Below, piece after piece: positions 1-14,311 of a DNA stretch of 64,000 bases (position 1 is its first letter; every line of letters starts with the position of its first letter). The translations under genes were made by a program, and so were the position numbers. The notes beneath the pieces are model-generated. The model made no database searches and had not been told where the DNA came from. It saw only the letters and a list, made by a program, of their open reading frames with translations. Source of the DNA: Octopus vulgaris (taxonomy: Eukaryota); the NCBI GenBank assembly GCA_951406725.2, contig OX597837.1:10416001-10480000 (forward strand). The letters are read 5' to 3'.

Positions 1-701
1 GTACGCGGTTGATGGGGGAAATACACATAAGCACACATTTAAATCTACTCCCTCCCTCACACACACACACACACACACATAAATACACACAAAGGGAAAC
101 TCGCGAACCAAAGCGAAACTAGAACACACACATAAACATGGAAACGCAATCACACACACACAAACACACACAAACACAAATGCTTGCACTAACCACACAC
201 ACACACACACACTCAGCTGCTAAAAAGAATCCGAACCTCGACTTGAGAACGTAAATCCGACGATGGTCATCTGGCGATGAAGAAGGAGGGAATTTTGCGC
301 GTCACTTTTGAAATCGTATGCGGGTATGTACGAGTACCTTGTTGTTATTTGATGTTGTCTAGTCCCCTGTCAGTGCCGTTCGGACGAGCCTACGATCGAA
401 TCGCGTTCTAGCTGTCACCGTCCCATCTTTTCTTTTCAACTTGTATTTTTTTTCCAATTCTTGCTGTCATCCGTTCTTAATTGTTTCTTGTATATTATTA
501 GCATGCATTCCGTGGAGGCTCTATGCTATACACATACACACACATGCATATATATATAGACACATATGAATCGTAGCATCTTCATAAGTATGTGTGTGTA
601 TGTATGTATATATAATATATATGCATATGTATAAATAGATACACACACACACATAAATACATATATATATAAATATAATAGAGCTGTCCATGTTTGGCCG
701 G

Positions 702-753
<52 letters not shown>

Positions 754-872
754 ACACATAAATACATAAATTGATAAATAGATACATACATATAGACAGA
801 TATAGATAGATAGATAGACGTGTACTTTCTATACATTTGACAACGAAGCATACATATGTTGTGTATGTACGT

Positions 873-926
<54 letters not shown>

Positions 927-1104
927 CCCATTATCGTACAATAAACTGGGAGTGTGTGTAATCGCTGTAGAAAATTTCTGATGGAGAAATATATATTAAT
1001 CTATCCATTTTACTCATGCAGCTGTTGTCACGGCTGGAGCGCTTTTACACCTATGTATATACGTACACAGAACAAATAATACACACACAGCTATATATAT
1101 AAAA

Positions 1105-1141
<37 letters not shown>

Positions 1142-1836
1142 ATGTATGTATCCCAGATTTCCGAATGTAGGGAGGTGCTCTTAAAATTTGCCTTTATCGC
1201 CGCAGCACTGACCGAGTTCGCTAAGTGGAACTAGGCCAAACATGAGAGAGAAAAGGAAGACTTGGAATCGATAGAAATGACAACAGACCGACACACACAC
1301 ACGGGCATACAGAACATTAATATACACATGCAATATCATAGTTATACTATATTAATATATATCATATTATATTATATTATATTATACATATACGGTTGCG
1401 TATGGTTGTGGGTGTATGCTAGCGTGTGGGCACGTGCATATAGTTTTCTGCTCTGGCGCCTATCCGTATTCTAGGCGCATACGAATATCTCTGATGGTGC
1501 GTCGAACCACGATCTCTTTCAATGTGACAGTCGAGGTTTTAAACGATGCTAGTTCAATTGGATATCGGGGTGTTGTTCCTGGCCCATTACGAAACGGATG
1601 CCAGAGAGTCGGTTGGATTTCGAACCGAAACCGAAAAACACAATGAACCACAGAAGATATAATACGAGGTATGTGTTATCTATGTCCGTACATTTACACA
1701 CACAAAACATATACACGCGTGCATGTAAAAGCGTTAGATTTAGGCATTATTAACACATATTACACGCATAGATATATTTACATATATATGCACTAATTTA
1801 TATACACACAGATACACGAATACATACATACACACA

Positions 1837-1883
<47 letters not shown>

Positions 1884-1946
1884 TACCTACACATACAGCT
1901 GTATCATATATTTATACATGCAAAGCTATATATATGCACATACACA

Positions 1947-1986
<40 letters not shown>

Positions 1987-2028
1987 AACACACACAGACA
2001 AACAGCTATATATTATATTATATTATAT

Positions 2029-2069
<41 letters not shown>

Positions 2070-3289
2070 TACATTATAAATATACAGAGCTATATATTAT
2101 ATATATATACACACGCACATACATACATACAAATACACACGCACCGGCAAAGAAAACAGGACACAATATATAAAGCAAAGTATATATTCGAATGCGTGTG
2201 TGCGTATGTGGGTGGTGATGGTTTGCCCACTCCATCTCTTTTCTAAGGCAGTTATTCTTCTATTCATCGACCCCTACTGACAGAACGATAAGCAAAAAAT
2301 GAAACCGAGAATATTCGAACCCAGAATACAGAACTACAAATCGATGCATATTTACCTCTTCACTCGGATAAGCGAACCACAGCACAGTAAAACCGGCACG
2401 TTTTGACAACTTTCAATGCAGCGGTCACCACTCTATTGTCTGTCACATGTGAATAAATAGCCAGGGCCCCGCTTCTGACATTGTTGTACAATAACTAAGC
2501 CGAACGTCGAACCCCTAGTAATTTCTTGGAAATATGACGAAACAGGAAGTGGATCCCGAAAGGGATTCGAACTTGCATATTCCCCTTTTCCGAATGGATC
2601 GTGATTTAGTGCAGTTCTCGCCAGTTTCTTCCGTTGCAGATGCATTCGACATGTCCAAATGATACATCCGTCCACTCCTCCTTATCGTTTGTGCTCCACC
2701 CTTCCCTTTGACCGGGGACACTCGGGTACCGCAACTGATTTTGAGAGTGTGTGAGTGTGCGTACACACACACACACACATTTCCGGCGGATCTTTTTCAT
2801 TTTCTTCACTTTTAGGAGGCAGGGCATGTAACTGGTACTTATACGTATACACACACACAAGAAGAAGAAGAAGTGAAAAAAGAAAGAAAAAAGAAAAAGG
2901 AAAAAAGGAAGGAAAAAGAAAAAGAAGTAAAGGAAAAAAAGAAAAAAGAAGAAGGAAGAGGAGGGGAGCAAAAAAGGAAGGAAAAAGAAAAAGGAAAAAA
3001 GGAAAGAAGAAGAAAAAGAATAGCATCACTGTTTTCACTGGTCGGTATAACGGAGTCCAACCAAGCCCATCACGTATCTATTCCGGTTACTCGGGGCCTG
3101 TATTTATGATATGAGAGATGAGAAGAAAGGATCGATGATATACCTGCGTTGGAAATTCAGCTGTCGCTGCTCCCTTTTTCTTGGAGGAAAAGATCCCTGA
3201 GAGTGCTCTCCCGTGATCCCTTCTCACGGCACAGAGTTAAGCGATTCTGCGAAGGATCGGGAAAGACAGAAAGGAGAAGAGGAGAGGAG

Positions 3290-3324
<35 letters not shown>

Positions 3325-3877
3325 CAGGGACTTCTTTCTACCGATTGACTTTCCCAACTTGTGAAGATAATCAATCCATCAACCCGCTGAATATTCCGCA
3401 GACATGTGTATGGTTAACGGAATTTCTTCGGATAAAAGAGATGGGGAGAAAAAGAGACGGACACACACACACAGATGTAGGAAGAGTTTGGTGGTGGTGG
3501 GGGTGGGTTCGGGGAGAATTGATCCCTGTACGGAACAGGCGCTTTTTTAATTTTTTTAATTTTTATTACCAATAATGAAGAAAAAAGGCTAATTGCGGCA
3601 GGAATTTGTTCCCAGACCGCGAAGAAGAGGAACAATAAATGCAAGGAATTCTATCGGATGCCCTAATGATTCTGCGAATTCAAAAGAATCGAACCCCTGT
3701 ACTGAGCTGGTTCTATATATCAACACCGTAAGCATTTGTATGGTAAAGTTGACCCCGGCGCGCTCTGAATTCAAAGCGCACAGCGCGGGAACAATTAGCG
3801 CAACACAAGGAATTTTCTATGATGCTCTACCGATTCTCTTGCAAAAGAATATAACTAATTAATATAAAATGGTAATA

Positions 3878-4245
3878 AGGCGGCGAGCTGACAGGAGCAT
3901 TAGCACACCGGCATTCTTTACGTTCTGAGTTCAAATTCCGCTGAGGCTGGCTTTGAATTTCATCCTTTCGGGGTCGATAAATTAAGTACCAGTTACGCAC
4001 TGGGGTCGATATAATCGACTTAACCCGTTTGTTTGTCCCCTGTGTGTTTAGCCCCTTGTGGGTTGTAAAGACATAAGTATTTCGTCTGTCTTTACGTTCT
4101 GAGTTTAAATTCCGCCGATGCTGACTTTGCCTTTCATCCTTTCGGGGTCGATAAATTAGGTACCAGTTGCATACTGGAGTCAATCTAATCGACTGGCACC
4201 CTTCCCCAAAATTTCGGGCCATGTACCTAGAGCAGAAAAGAATAT
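3878..4245 (+). mobile_element. Dimeric tRNA-derived SINE (Meta-domain-like), head-to-tail two-module copy
   Basis: Head ggcggcgagctg...ttctgagttcaaattccgc (B-box-like) followed by ctttcatcctttcggggtcgataaattaagtaccagtt, with the core occurring twice and carrying two different tails. The same arrangement recurs at 16471 and 38592. Confidence 0.85.
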
Positions 4246-4414
4246 AATATGGCAATTTATATAGTCCTGTCTCATTCGAACTCCCTATCAACGGTAATAA
4301 GGAAGTCCCCTCTTTGGGAATTATATATTTTTTCTCCGACAATGTCAGAGACGTTAATACGAAGATCGAAGTTTCAATCTTCGCGTCTGTAAACTAACAG
4401 ATCATATAGATAAG

Positions 4415-4760
4415 CATGGCTCTGTCTTTAACGAGTTCGCTTTGCCACCCTACAGTCTCAGGTTCGGTCCTACTGCGTGACACCTTGAACAATTTCCTTT
4501 TAATTTAGACCCGATCCAATCAAAGCTTTGTGAATGAACCTGGAAACCACGGATAAGTCCATCGTGTATATCGCACACACACACACACACACACGTGTTG
4601 GTTTGTTTGCGTTCTCCTCAGCGAAAAGGAACTGATAAAAAAAATACCAGAATTTTAAAATAAGCATTGCGGGGGTGGATATCGATTTGTTCGGCCAAAA
4701 GCCCTATCTATCAAAGCGGTATTCCAACATGGCCGCAGCACGAGGAATATAAAAGATAGA
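4415..4760 (+). mobile_element. Degenerate tRNA-derived SINE with CORE-like segment
   Basis: caggttcggtcctactgcgtgacaccttgaacaa...caaagctttgtgaatgaa...ccaacatggccgcag aligns by eye with the cleaner copy at 9703-10050. Confidence 0.65.
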
Positions 4761-4764
4761 ATCG

Positions 4765-5170
4765 CACAAGGCCAGTAATTTGGTGGGAGGGGGTAAGTCC
4801 ATTAACTCGACCTCAGGTGCTTAATTTATCGACTCCGAAAGGATGAAAGGCAAAGTCGACCTCGGCGGAATTTGAACTCAGAACAATCCTCGGACACACG
4901 AAATGCCGCCAAACATTTTGCCCAGCGTGCGAACGATTCTGCCAAATTACCACCTTTTCCCCTTCGCTAATATCCTTTCTTCCATAGGTGCACAACGCCT
5001 GAAGATTGATAGGTGGTGGGGGTGCGAATACCCGATTACTCCGACTATAGTACTCGACTGGTATTTATTTAAACCGACCCCCGAAAAGATGAAAGGCAAA
5101 TTGGACGTCGGCGAAATTTGAACTCAGAACGAAATACCACTAAGCATTATTTCCCGGCGTGCTAACTCTT
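4765..5170 (-). mobile_element. Two degenerate Meta-like SINE fragments, reverse orientation
   Basis: gaaaggatgaaaggcaaagtcgacctcggcggaatttgaactcagaac near 4840-4885 and a similar motif near 5085-5130, the reverse complement of the SINE core. Confidence 0.8.
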
Positions 5171-5479
5171 TACCTTAATAGCTGCTCTCCCTCCTTCGCT
5201 AATATCGTTAATGCTAAATACCTTAACCTCAAAACGCCCCCCTTTTCCCCCCACATTTTTCTGGATGAAAAGGAATTAATTGATTTCGACCTAGTTACAG
5301 TTACTTTTCTTTGGATTGCGCCACAACCCGTGACCAAAAGCGATGGGAGACGCCTGAGCACCGCCACAACCTCTCCTTGTTACTGGGAATGCATTGTCTA
5401 ATTATCTGCATCTCTATTTGTATTTATTTGTATGTATCCATCCATTTATTAACTTGCATATCTAACTGTATCTAACCCG

Positions 5480-5659
5480 CATATCTATCTACCTATCTAT
5501 CTATCTATCTATCTATCTATGTATCTATCCATCTAATTATCTATCAGTCTATCTATCTATCTATCTATCTATCTACGTATCAACCTACCTATCTAACAAC
5601 GTATCTATCTAATTTATCTATCTACATGCCTACCTACCAATCTATATATCTATTTACAA

Positions 5660-5718
<59 letters not shown>

Positions 5719-5727
5719 AATCTACCA

Positions 5728-5762
<35 letters not shown>

Positions 5763-5830
5763 AATCTACCAATCTATCTATTTCTCACTCTATCTATCTA
5801 CCAACCAGTCTATCTATCTATCTATCTATG
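5480..5830. repeat. (TATC)n / GATA microsatellite array
   Basis: Directly visible tetranucleotide array with interruptions. Confidence 0.95.
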
Positions 5831-6107
5831 CCTGGCTTTCAAATCTAACTTGCTCGCCTGTTTTCTTATAACTATCAATGTATCTCAGTTGCATGTCTCT
5901 CTCTCAATGTGTTTAATTTGTACATTTGCCTGTGATAGGAATCTAACTTGCGCGTCTTTCTAATTATCTATCTGTCTATCTCCGACTTGCTGTCTAACTA
6001 TAAACTTGTATAATCTAACTCGCATATCTGTCGAATTATAAGCAATCTGCATACCTGTCTAACTATATAAAATCCTCCGCACACACACACATTCTCTCTC
6101 TCCCTTT

Positions 6108-6144
<37 letters not shown>

Positions 6145-6165
6145 TCTCTCTCGCTCTCTCTCTCT

Positions 6166-6199
<34 letters not shown>

Positions 6200-6438
6200 A
6201 TATTTCTAAGTAGTTAGCTTCTTTCTCTATGTAAGTGTGTGTGTGTAAGATTGCTTCGCATCGACGATCCCTCCTTAGTGAATCCGTTTCCTGCAGTTTC
6301 GTTCCACTGGACCAAAGTCACTTCTCATCACACGACGGAAGGAAAAACATTGCAGATAGAGAGAAAAAAAAATTGGCGTAAAATCTACGAGAATGAGAAA
6401 AGAATATCTCACGTCCCTTTCCTATCGAACACAATAAC

Positions 6439-6495
<57 letters not shown>

Positions 6496-6497
6496 CC

Positions 6498-6715
6498 TCT
6501 CTACTATAGGCACAAGGCCTGAAATTTTTGGGGGAGGGAGACTAGTCGATTGCATCGACCCCAGTGTTTAACTGGTATTTAATTTATTGACCCCAAAAAG
6601 ATGAAAGGCAAAGTCGACCTCGGCTGAATTTGAACTCAGAACGTGCCGACGGGCGAAATACCTATTTCATTATATTCTAAACACAGAGAGGACAAACAAC
6701 GACAGACAAACGAAT
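6498..6715 (-). mobile_element. Meta-like SINE (3' module plus part of the upstream module) between (AAT)n and (AAT)n/(ATT)n arrays
   Basis: ctactataggcacaaggcctgaaattttt...atgaaaggcaaagtcgacctcggctgaatttgaactcagaac...acagagaggacaaacaac. Confidence 0.8.
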
Positions 6716-6753
6716 AATAATAATAACAATAACAATAATAATAATAATAATTA

Positions 6754-6797
<44 letters not shown>

Positions 6798-9059
6798 GGG
6801 CCAACTAGCACTGATTATAAAGAAGACACGAAGATTTAATTAACATGTACCAAGACTTGTTTTCCCTGTTGAGAAAGAGGTGATGGCATCGTTGCCAACA
6901 ATATGCTGACGGGGGTGGGTCTCCTACGGGTCCATACATCCCCAAAAAGTTGTATTATACGGCTGCGCAGTATGTTTCCGGCCACAGTTAAAAGGTAGGG
7001 TTAATCCACCACCCGGTCCTACTTCGGCAATATTTGAAGTGTCCTTAACAGAGATGATCCCACTCTGTTTAATTATTTTGACCGGATCTCCCATGAACTG
7101 AGGATAAAAAGAAATTCTTTTTTTCTTTTCCTCGCACCTGTTTGAGAAGCTCTGCGATCAGCAGACATGGGAGTGGTTTTACTAACTTGAACCCCAAACC
7201 CTCCCTGGTGCAAACACGAGAATAAAGCAATACGAAAGTTCTGAGTGTTGGTGACAGTCGGTGAATGTGTACCATTAGAAAGGTAGATGGTTGTTCACTC
7301 CACGACATGAATAGGTCTGGCACGACCAAACAACCACTCAGACATCACCACATTGGAATAAATTCGGTCTTTAGGGGACACCCTCGACCACCCGGCCCTT
7401 AAACGCTGCTCACTCACTTGGAAACCATTAGGCTCAGTGTCTCAAACCCTGTTTGAGGATGCCACCCCCCGCCCCCGTTTCCCCCTATTGATCTCGAAAA
7501 TCATAGCAGTTAGTAAATAAATTAAAGGGTCACTTGGCACTGGGTATCCTTCATGAAGCTACTAAGAAATAATTTTTAAAATCTGTCTTAACCATATTTA
7601 TATAGCTGATTAAATTTTCCACCGTATTTTACTGGTATCTACTGAAGAATATTTATTTCACCCGCAGAAAGATGAAATAATTTTTTTTATCCAAATGAAT
7701 TTTTTGAAAGAAAAGAAAATATTGTCCTCAACCACCGAAAACTATGTTGTAGGATTCTTCTGTATCACATTTCCAACAATACTATCGCAATTTAATTTTC
7801 TTCTAGGAAGAGAAAGAAACATACAAAGGTATGTGTAGCATGGTGGGGGGGGTGTCCTTTTTTATTCTAATTTCTTGCAGTAGAATAATAGAATGAGGGA
7901 GGGGCCAAGAAGACATTGCTATGGTGAGATGTCAATCTTCACACGGAACAGATCAACACGAAACAGTTGACTGCATATAAAAAGCATTTATTAGCAGATT
8001 ATTTAATAAAACGTATAGACCAGAATTATGAGGGTTTCTGAAGGTTGTGGACGACAACCAAGACACACAGACAGAAAGAGGAAGATTCTAAGCAGGGTGG
8101 TTAAGAGTGCAAATGGAAACCCCGTGGTGAACCAGCTTAAACAAATTTCTATCTGCCTCACGTTATCTCCTAGCCAGAAGAAGGACCCAGATATCCCTTT
8201 ATAACAAAGGGATCTCTGGATCTAGCAGCAATGGAAGTTAGAAACGTCGCACAAAGGAATCCAACAGCGGAGTATTCGGTGGAGGGGCAATATTATTTTT
8301 AAATTAAACCAAATTTTAAAGAAGGAAATTGCTCGGGATTCACAGGGAAAAAAAAAAACATTTTTCATCCCTCGGGAGCTAATACATATTACTAGATACC
8401 AATAATAAACGGCATTAATTATTAATTAGTAATATCAATGAGGCTAAGTCAATGTTTTGCATAAATGCTTAGAGGTAGGAATATATATGCAGTACCCCAT
8501 GGTCCCCAAAACTTCCAAAGAGATTCGAAAACCTTTACAGCCCTATGTAGAATGAAGTTCACACAGAGGGTTTGAAACCTTGTCCACTGCTTAGCTGCCT
8601 GTCGCATTGGATAGTTTCCCATGCAAATTCTCGCATATAGATAAATGTGTTTACATATAATATCTAATGAAGAGGAAACGAAGTGGGGGAGGAGTGAGGG
8701 CGGTTGTAGCACGGCCAAATGCACTGGTGTTGAACTATGGGAGTTCAGTACTTACCTGGGAATGGTTATTTATTCCCCCCACCTCCTATAATTTATCTGC
8801 ATTTAGTTTTCGCTAACATCCTTCAGTAATCTACACGCATGCACGCACACACGCTCGTTCTGCTAAAGATAGCAACCAAATCCCCCTTAAATGACATTCT
8901 GAAACATTGCTTAAAAAAGAAGAGCACGCAAAACATGGACATAATATAGTTAGGTATACTGGTTCTGCGAAGAAAAAGAGAGAGGAAAGAAAAGACTTGG
9001 TGCTGACGTTAACACAAAGAATACTAACTGCATAAGTGCGTCGACCAAAAAGGACAAAA

Positions 9060-9651
9060 AGAGACGTGAATATATGTCGAAGTGAAACGGTGGCGTGCCA
9101 CATGAAAATTGCATGCAGATATGTGCAACATAAACCTCAACACCGAGACGCACTGGTTAAGTGCAATGGATGCTGCGACACACACGTTGCAACAAATTGT
9201 CCGTGAGAACGTGTCCTGTGGTCATCGATAGATTTTTTTGAAATCGAAGTGCAGAGTGGGCGTGGGGTGCGGTGTAGTGGGGGGTGGAAGGGCAATGTTC
9301 CACATCCAGATTGCAACACTCCACCGCGCATGCATGCAATCACAAACTGCAGCGGTAAAAAGTTTTGACTCTTAACCGCATGGTTCCCCGTTCGATCCTC
9401 AACTGCGAGGTACCTTCGGCTTTGTGCTTATGGCCTCGGGCCTATCAATGACTTGAGGGTAGATTTCGTCGACGGAAACCCGAAACACCGTCGTGTGTGT
9501 GTGTGTTCGTGGGTTTCTCTCCACCACTGGTTGATAGCGATCGATGAAATAAGTTCCAGGCTTGAAAAAATAAGCCCTGGTGTATGTGTGTTCGATCAAA
9601 GGCAGTGCCCCAACATGGCCGCATTCTAACGACAAAAAAGTAGATGACAAC

Positions 9652-9699
<48 letters not shown>

Positions 9700-10370
9700 A
9701 TAGACGCAGGAGTGGCTGTGTGGTAAGTAGCTTGCTTACCAACCACATGCGTGGCACCTTGGGCAAGTGTCTTCTACTATAGCCTCGGGCCGACCAAAGC
9801 CAGAAGCCCATCATGTGTATATGTGTATATATATACGTGTGTGTGTTCTTGTGTCTGTGTTTGTCTCCCTAGCATTGCTTGACAACCGATGCTGGTGTGT
9901 TTATGTCCCCGTAACTTAGCGGTTCGGCAAAAAGAGACCAATAGAATAAGTACTGGGTTTACAAAAGAATAAGTCCCGGGGTCGAGTTGCTCGACTAAAG
10001 GCGGTGCGCCAGTATGGCCGCAGTCAAATGACTGAAACAAGTAAAAGAGAGTAAAGAGTATATAGCTGGCCTTGAAGTGGACAGTAAGGGAGGAGAAGAT
10101 AAGAAATCCATATTGTAGAACTGCACGGTTTGCGCCGTATGGTTCTCAAATGAGAGAATGGATACGGAATGGAAAACTGGACAGTGGGAAACTGTACATG
10201 CCCCGACTGCAACACTGCACAATTCTACAACAACTGCATTCCAGGATGTGTAGTGCGTCCGTCAGCGAGATGGAAGTGTGGAATGCCTGGAGTTTTATGC
10301 ATCTGGGAACGATACACGGAGCATGTTTTATCTACGTGTTATCGTGCTTGGCGCGGGAGAGCATCTAGCA
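9060..10370 (+). pseudogene. Possible decayed EGF/laminin-EGF repeat (MEGF10/SCARF-like) coding relic, split by SINE insertions at about 9350-10060
   Basis: Cys-rich peptides appear in shifting frames: HENCMQIC, KCNGCCD, ATNCP, WKGNVPHPDCNT (9100-9330) and PYCRTA, ENGYGMENWTVGNCTCPDCNTAQFYNNCIPGC, DGSVECLEFY (10105-10300). There are frameshifts and stops and no clean exon boundaries. Confidence 0.3.
9703..10050 (+). mobile_element. tRNA-derived SINE with CORE-like domain (octopus OR-type)
   Basis: gcaggagtggctgtgtggtaagtagcttgcttaccaaccacatg...gtggcaccttgggcaagtgtcttctactatagcc...gtcaaatgactgaaacaagtaaaagag. Reverse copies lie at 15968-16284 and 33872-34300. Confidence 0.85.
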
Positions 10371-11209
10371 CAAGTGTAGCCATCGTGCGTGTGTGTGTGT
10401 GTGTGTGTGTGTGCGTGTGTGTGTGTGTTGTGATTTGCTGGGAGTAGCAGCTAAATCTGTTCGAATCATACGCTAACGGCAGATGTTCGATGACGTTTGT
10501 CTCCCGATTTATGGAATAAGACGGGACAGCCATTTCTGGAACACCTGTTGCGCCAGCGCTGATCTGCGATAAACAAGATTTGACAAAGCGACAACAACTG
10601 GAAGCATATTCGGCAAAAGAAATCACCACCACAACCACAACCACCACCACAACCACCACCATTACCACCTCCACTGCAAGCGCCAACACTGTCGTCGTCG
10701 CCGCTGCAGCCGAAAGGACACCCGTAGGTCTTTACGCAGCCGATGGAACCGCTAGAAATAGCAGCATAATCCGATGTAAATAACATTACATCTTAAAACA
10801 AAAAAGGAGTACGTCGTTGATACTCATAATAACGAAAAGAGTAAATCACAATTTGAAGTCCTCGGAACACATATAGGTCTAATCAATCATGGCCGACCGG
10901 GGGTTAAATAACAACAACAGATACATCGGATAAGCTCTCTGACAATATAAAGGAGTATAGCAGGGGTAGAAAGGTGTCCACCCGTTTATCTTACCTGTTT
11001 GCGAGCAGGGTAGAGGCAGTTGCGTTAATATTTCTTGTTCGTAACGGAATCCTAATTTTTCCGTAGCGTGAAAGCAAAGGGGATACCTCAAAACCAAGTG
11101 TTCGACCACGTAACGCGGATTTCTTATACATCCATAAATATACACACATACGTGCTATATATATATATATATGTGCGCGCGTTCGCAAGCATGCACATAT
11201 ACACCCGTA

Positions 11210-11265
<56 letters not shown>

Positions 11266-11685
11266 CATATACACACACACATGTACACGTAAGTATGCGC
11301 GTGCGTGCGTGTGTGTAGAACCGTAATGGCGATCTCCAAACACTAGAATTTTAGAAATTCGGATGCAATTCCAAAATTCCTGCTAATCACCAATTTTCGG
11401 GGCTGGTTCTTCGTTAACCGTTTTCTCTCAGAGCCAAACTTACACCACACGAAAACCATTTCGCAAGACATTTCCAATAAACCAGGCTACATCGCTTTCC
11501 TTTTGTCACAGTGGTTCCTCTTCGACTTCTCTCTCTCTCCCACTCTCTCTCTCCCTCTCTTTGATACCTGCTTACTGCTGGCACCAGGATTCTCTCGGAA
11601 GAGGCATGCGCACACACACCTAGACATTCGTGTATAATACCGTGAGTGGAGTGATTGATTGTACGCGCGTGCGTGCGTGTATGTA

Positions 11686-11717
<32 letters not shown>

Positions 11718-12002
11718 GGAGGGAGAGACCAAAATAAATGGCAGTTGAGAGAGAGCCGTGCGGGTGTGCCTTCTCTCTCTCTCTCTCCTCCTCTCTGTGT
11801 GTGTGTATTTGTGAATGCATACATCATATTTACATAAATATGTACACACATATATATACATATACTACTATACACACATACATATACACACATATATATA
11901 TATATACACATACATATATACATACATACATATATACATACATACATACATACATATATACATACATACATACATACATATATACATACATATATGTATA
12001 TG

Positions 12003-12072
<70 letters not shown>

Positions 12073-12115
12073 CATACATATACATATATATATATATATA
12101 TATATACATACATAG

Positions 12116-12162
<47 letters not shown>

Positions 12163-12288
12163 ACTATACACATGCAGATATATTTATATATATTTGAGTT
12201 AGTGTGCGCGCGCTCGTTGGCATACATCTGTACTGTATATATGTATGTTTTGTGTGTGTATATATACACATATATGTATGTATGTTTC

Positions 12289-12319
<31 letters not shown>

Positions 12320-12544
12320 GTATGTTTTGTGTGTGTGTGTATATATATATATGTTTTGCGTGTATATATATATATATACATCTGTTATATATATATATAT
12401 ATATATATATAAATGCGTTTTGCATGTGTGTGTGTAGGTACCACGTATGCATAAAGTGTACCCGTGTTACAATCCGTGATTAATTCATTGCAAGTGGGTG
12501 GGTGAGTGCCCACATAACTTCATCCATGTTGTCTCTCCAACTAC

Positions 12545-12945
12545 GTTAACACCCTCAACATACGAAAATACATGTCATTGCGTAACATGGAAGCTGGTGT
12601 CTATCCTTTTCCCGCTAACTCATATGCATCTGTGTATCATTAACAAGCTGTCTTCTCCTTCAACACCCTCGACATACGGAAATACATGTCACTACGTAAT
12701 GTGGAAGCTGTGGTGCTTACCCTTTTCCCACCAACTTATATACATCTATGAATCACTAAACAAGCTGTCTTCCCCTTTAACACTCTCGACATACGAAAAT
12801 ATATCATTACGTAACGTGGAACCTGTAGTGTTATCCTTCTTCTGCTACCTCACATACATCTACCTATCAATAGTAGGGTGTCTTGTACTCAAACATTCTC
12901 GACATTCGAAGAATATGCCTGTCATTACGTAAGGCGGAGGTGGGG
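12545..12945. repeat. Minisatellite, about 115-bp unit, about 3.5 diverged copies
   Basis: aacaccctc(a/g)acatacg(a/g)aaatacatgtca(t/c)t(a/g)cgtaa recurs near 12548, 12662, 12779 and 12892. Confidence 0.9.
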
Positions 12946-14245
12946 CTATGATGTTTATTCCTTTTCTAATGCCTGCAATTTAATGAAAGGGTTTTCGAAG
13001 GTCGCATCGAACCCATTACTTGGCTGGTACTTTAAAATTTCACCACCAATAGAATGGACGGAAACCGATACCGCGGCAGGATTTGAACCCAGAACCTAAA
13101 GAGCTGCGACTCTGAAATAATCTCTCGTCGAATGAATCGACTCCAGTTCTAAACTTGTACTTCTTTTATCGACCCCGAAAAGACGAAAGGCAAAAATCGA
13201 CCTTGGCAGAACTCAGAACGTAAAAACGGACGAAATGCCGTTGAGTATTTTGTTCGACGCCCTGCCGATCCTGCCACCACGCCGCCTTTTCTTTCTTTCT
13301 TTAAAGGTAATGACGCTCTCAGTAGGATTTGAACTCAAAAAGAAAAGAGACCAAAATGTAAAACACAAAGTGTTTTGTTTCTGCCACTCAGTTCTTTCTC
13401 CCCCACCCCCATCTTCACATCTGAACTATTGAAAGGAGGAAAAAAATCCTCTGCCCTTAATTATAAAAATCTGTCTGTATCCAACATAAGATTGGTAGAA
13501 TCGGTAGAGCGTCAGAGAAAAAAACCTTTATAGTGTTTACTTAAGGTGACGTACATTCTGAGTTCAACATCGCTTTGTATCCACCACGGGACAATAGAAG
13601 TAAAGCACCAATGAATTACCGCAATCTTGCCCAGTCCCCTCGCCCCATGCCCCTATCTGAAATAATTATTATTAGTCAAAACGACATAGGAATTTTTCTT
13701 CTTTCTAATTTTCCAGACTATCTTTCTTCGTTATCTTTCTTGATAGAGAGCTAATGCTCGAAACATTGACATTATGTATTCTTCACTTTTTCCACACACC
13801 CAAGGACATTTTAACTCTTAGTATGGATTTCTAACATCTCCAAGAAAAAAATTGTACCAAGTGAGTGCATCAGAAAGGAAAAGGTCTATTGTGACAAACA
13901 CAACAGCTATTAGCATATTACCGTTCGACACTACCGGAACGTATAACGAAAAATATGCAAGTCATCAGATTTTTTATGTTTTTTTTTTTATTATAGATAT
14001 TCTAACATTTCCTCAAACTAAGATATTGTACTTTAAGACACACCATTGAACCATCCCGATGAGATTTATCTCTCAACTGCCTTTTACGTTGCCTTTAAGA
14101 AACCAATCAGAGCTGAGTGCAGATGGTTTGGTATTGAAGTTGTGAGTTCGAACCTTAGTAGTACTCACAATAATTCCAGTAGTACAAGGGATGTGGACTT
14201 AAATCAATCACGAAAATCGATCGGGAAATGCAATTCCTACTTACT

Positions 14246-14311
<66 letters not shown>

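Noticed and set aside
3878-3945. tRNA gene (A/B-box-like sequence)
   Set aside because: It is the tRNA-derived head of a SINE and does not form a cloverleaf.
8749-8759. tacttacctgg resembling the U1 snRNA 5' end
   Set aside because: Only about 11 nt match and the downstream sequence is not U1. It is equally a minus-strand donor consensus.
10466-10786. Gly/Cys-rich or Thr/Pro-rich ORFs
   Set aside because: The composition comes from an (ACC)n tract; no convincing splice sites or homology.
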